A stretch of DNA of 64,000 nt from Treponema sp. (lineage in GTDB: Bacteria; Spirochaetota; Spirochaetia; Treponematales; Treponemataceae), in the NCBI GenBank assembly GCA_045131275.1, contig JBGUQT010000043.1:53109-117108 (forward strand), in the 5' to 3' direction. The position numbers and the translations under genes are program-made. The notes under the pieces are model-generated. The model was not told the origin of the DNA, did no database searches, and worked only from the letters and a program-made list of their open reading frames with translations. Below are positions 1 through 10,317 of the stretch, piece after piece (position 1 is the first letter of the stretch; every line of letters begins with the position of its first letter).

Positions 1-843
<843 letters not shown>

Positions 844-853
844 GGAAGGCCAG

Positions 854-1225
854 ATGGCGTACTTGATTGCGGTCGCGACAAGCGACGGAAGCAAAATCGA
901 CTTGCATTTTGGCCAGGCGGAGAGTTACTTGGTTTACGAAGCCGACGGAATTGAATGGCGCTTTGCCCAAAAGCGCGATTACGTTCCATCGGATAAAGGA
1001 GGCGCGGAAAATGAAGGATGCTGCGCGCAAGCGGGAGCGAAGGTTGAGCTTTTAAAGGATTGCAGGGCTGTCGTGGCGGCGCGGATTGGATTTAAGGTAC
1101 AAAAAGAGTTTTCCCGATTGGGGATTTCTGTTTTTGACGAGTTGGATTGTTCGGTGGAAAAAGCGTTGAACGCAGTCGCCGAATATTTTTACAAAGTGGA
1201 CAATCATATTGCCCAAAACAAATAA
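854..1225 (+). CDS. NifX/NifB-C/NafY family metallocluster-binding protein
   Basis: AAGGAAGG RBS before ATG 854; IAVAT..G..IDLHFGQAE...VYE and DCRAVVAARIG motifs. Confidence 0.8.
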   Translation: MAYLIAVATSDGSKIDLHFGQAESYLVYEADGIEWRFAQKRDYVPSDKGGAENEGCCAQAGAKVELLKDCRAVVAARIGFKVQKEFSRLGISVFDELDCSVEKALNAVAEYFYKVDNHIAQNK

Positions 1226-1237
1226 CAGGAGTAATAA

Positions 1238-2098
1238 ATGAAAAAAAATTTAATTGCGGCCGCGGCCGTAATCGCATTGACATTGGGATTTGTTTCCTGC
1301 TCAAAAAATGGAACGGGCAAATCAGGAAAGCAGACAATTAAAATCGCCTTTGCCCAGGACGAAGGCGTTTGCAGCTACGTCGACGAAAACGACAAGCTTA
1401 CCGGCGAAGAAGTTGAAGTTTGGAGAGAGATCGCCAAGCGTCTTCCCGAGTACAAGATCGAATTCATTCCGACAAGCCAGGACGACCTTCGCGTAGGCCT
1501 TCAGACAGGAAACTACGACGGTTCCGTCGGAGACTTTTTCCTTTCGCGCGAAAGAATCGAAAAATTTGAGATTCCCCGCGAGCCCCTCGACTTTACTTGG
1601 ACCGGAATGTTGATTAGAAAAGAATTCGCCGACGGCGTTTCTTCTTTGTCAGACCTTGCCAAGAAGCAAAAGGACGGCCTCAAGGTCGCTCCCCAAAACT
1701 CTGGCTACGGCTCAACTTACATTCTTGAAGTTTATAACGAGCAGAATCCTGACAACAAGTTGATCTTTGAAACAACTTCGGAACAGACTTGGGGAAGCAC
1801 GCAGAACTACGTCGGCGTTGGCCGCTATGGAGCCACTTGCGCGCAAAAGACTGACTACCAAACAAACTTCGTGTCAAAGGACGGAGCCTACCACGAGTAC
1901 GTCGACCAAGTTACTTGGGTCGCAACTCAAAACGTAGGAGCCTACACACTTTTCCGCAAGGGAATCGACCAGAAGTTCCTTGACCGCTATGTGGAAGCCC
2001 TCAAACAAGTCAAGGCCGAAGGAATCGCCTCGGAACTTTCGCGCAAGTTCTACGGCTACGACGCGTACTCAGGAGAATACGCGGACTTCGCTGACTAA
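1238..2098 (+). CDS. Polar amino-acid ABC transporter substrate-binding lipoprotein (family 3, cystine/S-alkylcysteine-like)
   Basis: Lipobox FVSC; YVDENDKLTGEEVE and C-terminal ELSRKFYGYD; cognate permeases/ATPase downstream. Confidence 0.82.
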   Translation: MKKNLIAAAAVIALTLGFVSCSKNGTGKSGKQTIKIAFAQDEGVCSYVDENDKLTGEEVEVWREIAKRLPEYKIEFIPTSQDDLRVGLQTGNYDGSVGDFFLSRERIEKFEIPREPLDFTWTGMLIRKEFADGVSSLSDLAKKQKDGLKVAPQNSGYGSTYILEVYNEQNPDNKLIFETTSEQTWGSTQNYVGVGRYGATCAQKTDYQTNFVSKDGAYHEYVDQVTWVATQNVGAYTLFRKGIDQKFLDRYVEALKQVKAEGIASELSRKFYGYDAYSGEYADFAD

Positions 2099-2106
2099 AA
2101 CGCAAC

Positions 2107-2130
2107 GCGCGGGTTTATGCCCGCGCTTTT
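2107..2130 (+). terminator. Intra-operon GC-rich hairpin with short U-tract (partial terminator or mRNA stabiliser)
   Basis: GCGCGGG-TTTATG-CCCGCGC-TTTT directly after the binding-protein stop. Confidence 0.6.
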
Positions 2131-2145
2131 AACTAAGGAGAACTT

Positions 2146-3591
2146 ATGGCAATCAACATTTCATCCGCATCGCCGGAAATTCGCGAGCGAAGGCTAAACT
2201 CGATAACATCGTTCAAAGGCCCGGCCAGCGAACTTCACGAAAAGTCAAAGACCGCAAGCCTCAAAACGCCGACATCCTGTTACGGACAATGCAGCGACTG
2301 CCAGGAATTTTGCGCCAACACGCTTTTGACTTTCATTCAAGACGCGGCTGTTGTTTGCCATTCTCCTATAGGCTGTTACGCTCTTCAAGCGACAAGAGAC
2401 AACGGCGGCCACGCCTGCGCAAGAGACAGGAAGCTTCCCGACTTTAAGTGCGAAACAATTTGCACAAACATACAGGAACGCGACACAATTTATGGCGGCG
2501 TTGAAAAAATAATCAAGGCCTGCTTGGAAGTCCACAAAAGGGCAAATCCAAGCGCAATTTTTATCACAACTTCATGCGCTTCGGGCATCGTAGGCGACGA
2601 CGTAGAAAGCGCCGCCTCCGAAGCGGCTGCCGAGCTTGGAATACCGGTAATTCCTGTTTCTTGCGAAGGCTTCAAGTCAAAGATTTGGTCAACCGGCTTT
2701 GACGCGGCTTTTCACGCCATAACAAAACATATTGTAAAACCTGCAAAAGAACGCCAAAAGGATTTGGTAAACGTTTACAACTTCCAAGGAAGCGACGTCT
2801 TCACTCCCCTCTTGGCAAAACTGGGATTGAGAACCCAATACGTGGTTCCGATGAATTCCGTTCCCCAGTTGGAAAAAATCAGCGAGGCGACTTGCTCGGC
2901 GACGATGTGCGAAACCCTTTCCACTTATGTTATCACGGCCTTTGCGGAACACTTTGGCGTCCCTCAAGTAAAGGCCGCTCCTCCTTACGGACTAAAATGG
3001 ACTGACGCCTGGCTTAGGGAAGTCGCTCGCCTCACTAACAAAAGCGACATTGTTGAAGAAGTTATCGAAAGCGAGCACAAAAGAATCGAAGAGCGCTTGA
3101 ATGATTACAGAGAAAAATTTAAGGGAAAAACTGTTTACGTCATCGCGGGCGACTCCTTTACCCACAACCTTGCCAGCGCCTTGAGCGACCTTGGCCTTAC
3201 CGTAATCGGAATCAACGCCCTGCACCACGACCAAAAGACTGACAGCGGAAACGTTGACACTCTTGGCGCGCTGATAGAGACTGCGGGCGACATAAAGAAT
3301 TTTACGGTCTGCACAAAGCAGCCCTACATTATCATAAAGGAACTAAAGCGCTTGCGCCCGGATTTCCTTCTTACAAGACACGAAGGATTGACGATCTTGG
3401 GCTACAAGTTGGGAATACCTTCGACCTTTGAAGGCGACGCAAACATAAGCGTAGGCTACGACGGCCTCTTGAGATTGGGCGAGCGCCTTTGGGAAAATTA
3501 CATTACAAGAAAATTCAACCAGAACATTCAGGAACATTCAACACTTCCTTACACAGATTGGTGGATGAGCCAAGAAGGAGCGTCACTATGA
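2146..3591 (+). CDS. Nitrogenase component-1 alpha-like subunit (NflD, MarD-like)
   Basis: P-cluster-type Cys motifs (QCSDCQE, HSPIGC, TTSCASGIVGDD), CEGFKSKIWSTGFDA, cofactor-ligand-like ATMCETL and LLTRHEG. Confidence 0.88.
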   Translation: MAINISSASPEIRERRLNSITSFKGPASELHEKSKTASLKTPTSCYGQCSDCQEFCANTLLTFIQDAAVVCHSPIGCYALQATRDNGGHACARDRKLPDFKCETICTNIQERDTIYGGVEKIIKACLEVHKRANPSAIFITTSCASGIVGDDVESAASEAAAELGIPVIPVSCEGFKSKIWSTGFDAAFHAITKHIVKPAKERQKDLVNVYNFQGSDVFTPLLAKLGLRTQYVVPMNSVPQLEKISEATCSATMCETLSTYVITAFAEHFGVPQVKAAPPYGLKWTDAWLREVARLTNKSDIVEEVIESEHKRIEERLNDYREKFKGKTVYVIAGDSFTHNLASALSDLGLTVIGINALHHDQKTDSGNVDTLGALIETAGDIKNFTVCTKQPYIIIKELKRLRPDFLLTRHEGLTILGYKLGIPSTFEGDANISVGYDGLLRLGERLWENYITRKFNQNIQEHSTLPYTDWWMSQEGASL

Positions 3592-4952
3592 GTTCATTGA
3601 TTTCACAACCAAGATTTTCTTGCGCTCTGGCGGCGCAGCAAACAGTTTTGGCCATACCAGGCGGCATTCCGATTATCCACGCAGGCCCGGGCTGCTCGTC
3701 AAAGCAATACATTTTCGCCGCGACCCAATCGGGCTTCCAGGGCGAGGGTTACGCCGGAGGAATCCATGTCTCCTGCACAAACTCAAGCGAAAAAGAAGTA
3801 GTCTTTGGAGGCGAAAAAAAACTCGCCTCGCTTATCGAAGGAACGCTCAAAGTCATCAAGGGCGACCTTTACGTCGCGATGTCGGGCTGCACGGCTGGAA
3901 TCATCGGAGACAACGCGGCCGAAGTTGCCGGAACTTTCGCCGAACAAGGAAAGCCTGTCGTCGGCGTGGACTGCGCGGGCTTTAGAGGCAACTCTTATTT
4001 TGGACATGAAGTCGTAGTGAACGGAATTATCGACCAATATGTCGATTCCTTCTATCAAGAAGAGGGCCCGCAAGTCCAAGAAAAACTCGTCAACGTTTTT
4101 GCTTCCGTTCCTTACCAAGACACATTTTGGCGCGGCGACTTGGAAGAAATAAAAGGCCTTTTAGAAAAGCTTGGCCTTAAGGTCAACATTCTTTTTGGAA
4201 CCTTGAGCGACGGCGTTTCTGAATGGAAGCAAATTCCAAACGCGCGCCTAAACATTCTTTTGGGCCCCTGGTGCGGAAAGAAAATTGTGAACCATCTTAA
4301 GTTAAAGTACGGAACGCCATTTTTGAATTTTCCCTACTTGCCTGTTGGCGCCAAGGCAACGTCGGCCTTCCTTAGGGCCGTCGCGCAAAGTTTGGAATTG
4401 GATTCCGCCTTTACAGAAAGCGTTATAAAAAAAGAAGAAAAAAGATTTTACGAATACCTTGTTTCTTTCGCCGACTTTTTGGCGGAATACAAGGGAGCAG
4501 TTCCCTACGAACTTTACGTCGCGGGCGACAGCCTCTACGCCTTGGGCGTGGCGGACTTTTTGGCCAACGAGCTTGGCTACATTCCAAAAGGAATTTACCT
4601 TGACGACGATCCGCCAAAAACTGCGGAAGCGGGCATAAAGGAAGAGTTCAAAAAAATTCTTCCTGACTACGAAAGCGCGCTGTTCTTCCAAGCGGACGGC
4701 GAGCTTATTGTCCAGGACATCGAAAAAAAGATTGGCGGCTCAAAGAAGGCTTTGATTCTAGGCTCTTATTGGGAAAACCAGCTCGCCAAAAAGAAGGATG
4801 TGTTTTTTGTGAGCCTCAGCATGCCGGTAACAACCGATGTGGTCACAAACGGCTCGTACGCGGGATATTCGGGCGCCTTGTATTTGCTGGAAAAAATTTA
4901 TTCCAACACGTTCAAGCAGGCGCGTTCGGCGCAAAACAACAGCGGAAACTAA
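3588..4952 (+). CDS. Nitrogenase component-1 beta-like subunit (NflK, MarK-like)
   Basis: ATGA overlap with the upstream stop; QPRFSCA, HAGPGC, GFQGEGYAGG, EKEVVFGG, SGCTAGIIGD, GFRGNSYFGH. Confidence 0.88.
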   Translation: MSSLISQPRFSCALAAQQTVLAIPGGIPIIHAGPGCSSKQYIFAATQSGFQGEGYAGGIHVSCTNSSEKEVVFGGEKKLASLIEGTLKVIKGDLYVAMSGCTAGIIGDNAAEVAGTFAEQGKPVVGVDCAGFRGNSYFGHEVVVNGIIDQYVDSFYQEEGPQVQEKLVNVFASVPYQDTFWRGDLEEIKGLLEKLGLKVNILFGTLSDGVSEWKQIPNARLNILLGPWCGKKIVNHLKLKYGTPFLNFPYLPVGAKATSAFLRAVAQSLELDSAFTESVIKKEEKRFYEYLVSFADFLAEYKGAVPYELYVAGDSLYALGVADFLANELGYIPKGIYLDDDPPKTAEAGIKEEFKKILPDYESALFFQADGELIVQDIEKKIGGSKKALILGSYWENQLAKKKDVFFVSLSMPVTTDVVTNGSYAGYSGALYLLEKIYSNTFKQARSAQNNSGN

Positions 4953-4955
4953 AAC

Positions 4956-5636
4956 ATGCATTTTAACATAGAGCGCTTTTTTTCGTACATTCCAAAACTT
5001 CTCCCTTACCTCAAGGTCACCTTCTTTTATGTTGCGGTGTCGCTTGGGATAAGCTTGGTCTTTGGAGCGGTTTTGACTGGATTTAAGCTTAGCAAAAATC
5101 GCGCCCTAAAAAACATTGGAGTGGCCTACACAGCAATCTTTAGGTCTGTCCCGCCTGTCGTGCTTTTGTTCTTGGTCTATTACGGCTTGCCTTTTATCGT
5201 CCATATAGACACGCAGAACCGAATGTTCTATGTTTGCGTCACCCTGACCCTTCTTTGCTCCGCTTCGATTTCAGAGATAATGCGCGGCGCTTATTGTTCC
5301 GTTCCCCATGGCCAATACGAAGCCGGAGAGAGCGTGGGCATGACCAACTTGCAAATCATCCGGCGAATAATGCTGCCACAAGCCTTTTACTTTGCCCTGC
5401 CAAATTTGTCAACGATAATCATCGGCCTTCTAAAAGACGGAAGCCTTGCCTTTACGATCGGCCTTGTCGACGTTTTTGGAAAGGCAAACCTTTTGAACAA
5501 CACGACTTTCAGCAAGTACGTCTTGGAAATTTACATAGCCTTGACTTTAATCTATTGGGCGCTGGCTTTTGCGATAGAAAAAATTTCCGCGGCGCTTGAT
5601 TCCGTTCTTTCAAAGAACAAGGCGGGCGGCAGATGA
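4956..5636 (+). CDS. Amino-acid ABC transporter permease (HisM/GlnP type)
   Basis: Hydrophobic; FRSVPPVVLLF; SEIMRGA...GQYEAGESVGM EAA loop. Confidence 0.9.
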   Translation: MHFNIERFFSYIPKLLPYLKVTFFYVAVSLGISLVFGAVLTGFKLSKNRALKNIGVAYTAIFRSVPPVVLLFLVYYGLPFIVHIDTQNRMFYVCVTLTLLCSASISEIMRGAYCSVPHGQYEAGESVGMTNLQIIRRIMLPQAFYFALPNLSTIIIGLLKDGSLAFTIGLVDVFGKANLLNNTTFSKYVLEIYIALTLIYWALAFAIEKISAALDSVLSKNKAGGR

Positions 5637-6334
5637 ACTTTGACTGGAAATTCGCTTGGCAGACAATAATCATCACATTCAAGGGCCTTCCCGTAACGCT
5701 GGAAATCGTTTGTATAATTTTTACGCTTTCGTTTTTCTTGGGATTTCTTGTGGCGGTCGGAAAGGAAAACAAAAAGTCGCTTTTGGCAAAAATACTTTCG
5801 GTTTACGTAAGCTTCATTCGCGGAACTCCCTTTATGGTCCAAGCCTATCTATTTTTCATCGCTTTTCCGACCGCCATCCAAAAGTATTTGTTTGAAAAAA
5901 ACATTGACTTTAACGTCAACGTGATAAAGGGCTATTGGTACGCCTACGCGCTCTTGCTCTTGTACTTTACCGCCTTGATGTCCGAAATGTCCAGGGCCGG
6001 CTTGAGCGCTGTCAGCAAGGGCCAGTTGGAGGCCGCCTATTCCGTGGGCCTTACAAAAGGCCAAGCCTACAGGCGGATAATTTTTCCGCAAGTGGTGGAC
6101 CATTGTCTTCCGGTTCTTTGCACATACGCAACGGGAATCGTAAAAATGAGTTCCCTGGCCTTTGTCTTTGGAGTCCCCGAAGTGACGGCGCTTGCAAAGA
6201 CAAACGCGTCAAGGAATCTTGGATATGTCGAAGCGTATTTTGTAATCGCGGTTTTTTACATCGCGCTCAACATTGGAATTGAATGGCTGTTCAAATTTAT
6301 TGAACGAAGAAAAGCGCAAAAGCGAAAGGCTTGA
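5633..6334 (+). CDS. Amino-acid ABC transporter permease
   Basis: FIRGTPFMVQ; GQLEAAYSVGLT EAA loop; ATGA overlap. Confidence 0.9.
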   Translation: MNFDWKFAWQTIIITFKGLPVTLEIVCIIFTLSFFLGFLVAVGKENKKSLLAKILSVYVSFIRGTPFMVQAYLFFIAFPTAIQKYLFEKNIDFNVNVIKGYWYAYALLLLYFTALMSEMSRAGLSAVSKGQLEAAYSVGLTKGQAYRRIIFPQVVDHCLPVLCTYATGIVKMSSLAFVFGVPEVTALAKTNASRNLGYVEAYFVIAVFYIALNIGIEWLFKFIERRKAQKRKA

Positions 6335-6343
6335 GGAGGCCAA

Positions 6344-7096
6344 ATGTTAAAGGCGACTAACGTTCACAAAGCGTTTGGAAAAAACGAAATTCTAAAAGGC
6401 GTTGACCTCGAAGTCAAAAAGGGAGACGTCGTGGTCATCCTTGGACCTTCCGGCTCGGGAAAGACAACCTTTTTGCGCTGCCTTGACTTTATGGAAACCG
6501 CCGACCAAGGAACTTTGGACTTTGACACGATAAAGACTTCCCTTTCGCGCGCGCATAAGAAAACAATTCTCGAAGTAAGAAGAAAGACCGGCTTTGTCTT
6601 TCAAAACTTCAACTTGTTCAACAACAAGACCGCGCTTGAAAACGTCATGGAAGGCCTTGTCACTGCCCGAAAGATTCCCAAAGACAAAGCCAAAGAAATC
6701 GCCGAGCGCACGCTAAAAAAAGTCGGCCTTTTGGACAGAAAAGATTTTTATCCCTCGCAGCTTTCTGGCGGCCAGCAGCAAAGAGTCGGAATCGCGCGCG
6801 CGATCGCTCCAAATCCCGACGTGGTCTTTTTTGACGAGCCGACAAGCGCCCTTGATCCTGAATTGGTCGGCGAAGTTCTTTCTGTAATAAAGGAGCTTGC
6901 AAAAGAAGGAATGACGATGATTGTCGTCACCCACGAAATGTCTTTTGCCGAAGAAGTCGCCTCCCAAGTTGTTTTTATGGACGGAGGAGTTGTGGTTGAA
7001 AAAGGAACTGCAAAAGAAATCTTCAACAATCCCAAAGAAGAAAGAACGCGGCAATTTTTGCAGAGAACTCTCAAGCGCGTTGAATATGTAATTTAG
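6344..7096 (+). CDS. Polar amino-acid ABC transporter ATP-binding protein (GlnQ/TcyN-like)
   Basis: [34 protein letters not shown]. Confidence 0.95.
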   Translation: MLKATNVHKAFGKNEILKGVDLEVKKGDVVVILGPSGSGKTTFLRCLDFMETADQGTLDFDTIKTSLSRAHKKTILEVRRKTGFVFQNFNLFNNKTALENVMEGLVTARKIPKDKAKEIAERTLKKVGLLDRKDFYPSQLSGGQQQRVGIARAIAPNPDVVFFDEPTSALDPELVGEVLSVIKELAKEGMTMIVVTHEMSFAEEVASQVVFMDGGVVVEKGTAKEIFNNPKEERTRQFLQRTLKRVEYVI

Positions 7097-7107
7097 CGAG
7101 GCGAAAA

Positions 7108-8259
7108 ATGGACCTTAAATTGGATTCAAAATGCGTTCACTTGGAAAAAATTTCGACGGACGGTTGCAAGCGCTATGGCTCTGTAAGTTTTCCAATTTAT
7201 CAAACCGCCACTTACGCCCATCCAGGCGTAGGCCAGAGCGGAGGCTACGACTACAGCCGCCTTCAAAATCCTACCAGGGAGCGAGTAGAAAAACTTGTTT
7301 GCCAATTGGAAGGCGGGCTCGACGCGCTGGCCCTTTCTAGCGGAATGGCGGCGATAAGTCTTGTGATGGAAATGTTTTCGCCGGGCGACCACATCATCGT
7401 TGACGCTGACCTTTACGGCGGCTCCATAAGGCTCTTTGACAACGTTTCAAGAAAAAATGGAATTGAATTTTCGCGCGCCAATTTTGCCAGCGACAACATT
7501 GAAGTTTTGATAAAACCAAACACAAAAGCGCTTTACATCGAAACTCCAACCAATCCAATGATGAACATAACGGACATCGCCGCCATCGCGAATCTGGCAA
7601 AAAAGCGCGGTGTCCTTTTAATAGTTGACAATACCTTTATGTCGCCTTACTTCCAAAACCCGCTCGCCCTTGGCGCCGACATCGTTGTCCATTCAGGAAC
7701 AAAATATTTGAGCGGTCATAACGACACGCTCTCTGGCTTTGTGGTCACAAACCGCGCGGACATCCAAGAAAAACTGCGCTTTCTAATCAAGACTACGGGG
7801 GCGGGACTTCCGCCATTTGACAGCTGGCTTACCATACGCGGCATAAAAACTTTGGCGCTTAGAATGGAGCGCGCGCAAGAGAACGCCCAAAAAATCGCCG
7901 TATGGCTAAAGACTCAAAAATCAGTTGAGCGCGTCCTTTACCCAGGACTTCCTGAACATCCGGGTCACGAGATACAAAAAAAACAAGCGCGCGGATTTGG
8001 CGCCATGCTGACGTTCAACTTGGAAACGGAAGAAAAAGCAAAGGCCGTTCTTGGCAGCGTCCGCTTGATTCAATTTGCCGAAAGCCTTGGCGGAGTCGAA
8101 ACACTAATTACATATCCAGTCACTCAGACCCATGCGGACGTTCCCGAAGAAATCCGCCTCAAAAACGGAATCAGTCCAAAGACTCTACGACTTTCCGTTG
8201 GCATAGAAAATTCCGACGATTTGATTCAAGACTTGCGACAAGCGATGGAGAGCCTATGA
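7108..8259 (+). CDS. PLP-dependent trans-sulfuration enzyme (cystathionine gamma-synthase/lyase, MetB/MetI family)
   Basis: YDYSRLQNPTR, SSGMAA, ETPTNP, VDNTF, HSGTKYLSGH (PLP Lys), ESLGG, LRLSVGIE. Confidence 0.92.
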   Translation: MDLKLDSKCVHLEKISTDGCKRYGSVSFPIYQTATYAHPGVGQSGGYDYSRLQNPTRERVEKLVCQLEGGLDALALSSGMAAISLVMEMFSPGDHIIVDADLYGGSIRLFDNVSRKNGIEFSRANFASDNIEVLIKPNTKALYIETPTNPMMNITDIAAIANLAKKRGVLLIVDNTFMSPYFQNPLALGADIVVHSGTKYLSGHNDTLSGFVVTNRADIQEKLRFLIKTTGAGLPPFDSWLTIRGIKTLALRMERAQENAQKIAVWLKTQKSVERVLYPGLPEHPGHEIQKKQARGFGAMLTFNLETEEKAKAVLGSVRLIQFAESLGGVETLITYPVTQTHADVPEEIRLKNGISPKTLRLSVGIENSDDLIQDLRQAMESL

Positions 8260-9428
8260 AATTTGACTTTGACAAAGTAACGGATAGAAAAAACACCTTT
8301 GCGATAAAGTATGACCTTGCCAAAGAAAGGAACAAGCCTCAAGACGCGATAAGCCTTTGGGTGGCTGACATGGATTTTCCAACCGCTCCTTGCATTCAAA
8401 AGGCGCTTGCCGAACGCGCTCGGCACGGAATCTTTGGCTACAGCCGGCCCGACGGCAGATACTACCAAGCGCTAAAAAATTGGTTCAAGAGCCGGCACGA
8501 TTTTGAAATCCAAGACGAATGGATCGTGAACACACCAGGCGTTGTTTTTGCGATAACGGCGGCGATAAAGGCGTTTACAAACGAAGGCGACGGAGTCTTG
8601 ATTCAAAAGCCGGTTTACTATCCCTTCTTCAACATGATAAGGGCCTTGGGCCGCCGCGTGTTCAACAACCCGCTTGTCCTAAAAAACGGCTTATACCAAA
8701 TTGACTTTGACGACTTTGAAAACAAAATTGTTTCAGAAAAAATAAAGCTTTTTATTTTATGCTCGCCCCACAATCCCGGCGGCCGCGTTTGGACGCGCGA
8801 AGAACTTTTGCGCCTAAGCGAAATTTGCGCGAAGCATAAAACAATTGTCGTCAGCGATGAAATTCATTCCGACATAACTTTTGAAGGCCATAAGCACACA
8901 ATCTGGGCGTCGCTATCAAAGGAAGCGGCGGACTCTTCGATAATTTGCACGTCGCCAATCAAAACCTTTAACCTTGCGGGCTTGCAAATTTCAAACATCA
9001 TAATTCCCAACAAAGAAATCCGCGCGTACTTCAAAAATGAGTGCGACAAGACAGGATACGACGAGCCCAACCTTATGGGAATCGCCGCCGCGACGGCGGC
9101 TTACTCGGAAGGCGCGGAATGGTTTGACCAAGCCAAAGATTACATTTGGCAAAACATTCAATTCGCTATAGAATACATAAAGCAAAACTGCCCAAAAATT
9201 CGCGCGGTCGAGCCGCAAGGAACATACCTTTTGTGGCTGGACTTTTCGGCCTTTGCCGGCTTGAGCGACCATGAAATTTCGGACAAGATTTTAAACAAGG
9301 CCAAGGTCTGGCTGGACGACGGAAGGATGTTCGGGTCCGAGGGAGAAAAATTCCAACGAATAAATTGCGCGACGCCAAGGCCGATTTTGCAAGAGGCCTT
9401 AAAAAGAATTTGCGCCGAGTTTAGTTGA
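8256..9428 (+). CDS. MalY/PatB family PLP C-S lyase (cystathionine beta-lyase / cystalysin-like)
   Basis: LWVADMDF, GIFGY, PVYYPF, LCSPHNPGGRVW, SDEIH, SPIKTFNLAGL, QRINCA. Confidence 0.92.
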   Translation: MKFDFDKVTDRKNTFAIKYDLAKERNKPQDAISLWVADMDFPTAPCIQKALAERARHGIFGYSRPDGRYYQALKNWFKSRHDFEIQDEWIVNTPGVVFAITAAIKAFTNEGDGVLIQKPVYYPFFNMIRALGRRVFNNPLVLKNGLYQIDFDDFENKIVSEKIKLFILCSPHNPGGRVWTREELLRLSEICAKHKTIVVSDEIHSDITFEGHKHTIWASLSKEAADSSIICTSPIKTFNLAGLQISNIIIPNKEIRAYFKNECDKTGYDEPNLMGIAAATAAYSEGAEWFDQAKDYIWQNIQFAIEYIKQNCPKIRAVEPQGTYLLWLDFSAFAGLSDHEISDKILNKAKVWLDDGRMFGSEGEKFQRINCATPRPILQEALKRICAEFS

Positions 9429-10215
9429 GGCAGCCGCCCGCGCGCGACCGCTCGATGTTTTCTTTTGAGTAAACGCAGCCGCAATAATCTTGGCGGTAGA
9501 GGCCGTATTCTTTTGAAAGCTCAAGGCTTCGTTTGTAACCGTTCTTTTTCTTAAAGTCGCTGTAGAGGAATTTTGGCGCGGATTGCGCGATTGGCGCGGC
9601 CGCATTTTGGTCTTGCAAACTGTTATCGGTTGCAGCCAAAGATTGCGGCCCGCAGTCTTTGGCTTGCAAGGCGTTCTTGGCCCGCTCTTCCAAGGCGCGG
9701 CCAATCTCGTTTATCATTCGCGCGTCCTTGTGGGGACTTATGCTGAGCGTCGTGGTGAACCAGTCAAAGCCCTTTTGCCGCGCGTACTCATAAGCGCGCT
9801 CCATTCGCAGTTGGTAGCAGCGGCGGCAGCGCTCGCCCCGTTCGGGCTCGGATTCCAAATTGTCGCGTTGGACTTGAACCGCGTCAAAAAAATCTTGGGG
9901 ATTGTAATCGGCTTCTTGCAAGTCTATTGTTGCGCCTGCCGCCGCGGTCCCCGCCGAACTATTCTTGTCGGCCAAAAAGCGCGGCAAAAAATTTTTGAGT
10001 TCTTCCAAACGGCGGGCGTATTCTTCCGCCGGATGAATGTTTGGATTATAGTAATAGATAGTTATGTCAAAATATTTTAGCAAGTATTCCAGCGTGTAGC
10101 TGGAACAAGGCGCGCAGCAAGCGTGCAGCAATAGGCGCGGCTTTTTGGTCTTGCAGTCGCCGCTTGAGAGTCCGTTCAATATGTCGTCGCACATGGCTTG
10201 CCAATTATCTTTCAT
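9421..10215 (-). CDS. queH: Epoxyqueuosine reductase QueH (DUF208)
   Basis: LLLHACCAPCS, YNPNIHP, RCRRCY..RME, TTTLSISPHK, YRQDYCGC. Confidence 0.9.
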   Translation of the reverse strand: MKDNWQAMCDDILNGLSSGDCKTKKPRLLLHACCAPCSSYTLEYLLKYFDITIYYYNPNIHPAEEYARRLEELKNFLPRFLADKNSSAGTAAAGATIDLQEADYNPQDFFDAVQVQRDNLESEPERGERCRRCYQLRMERAYEYARQKGFDWFTTTLSISPHKDARMINEIGRALEERAKNALQAKDCGPQSLAATDNSLQDQNAAAPIAQSAPKFLYSDFKKKNGYKRSLELSKEYGLYRQDYCGCVYSKENIERSRAGGCLN

Positions 10216-10317
10216 TTTAACGCATTATAGCGCAACTGCCTTTTTAGGGGAAGAAAAACAAAGGTACTAGAAAAATTTCGTTTTTTTCTATAGGATTTTG
10301 TCTTAGGAGCAAATAAT

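Noticed and set aside
3489-3587. N-terminal extension of NflK in the ORF track (similar extensions for proS, cyclase, xylB, DUF1848 and others)
   Set aside because: Downstream starts have ATGA coupling, an RBS or a -10 box and match family N-termini.
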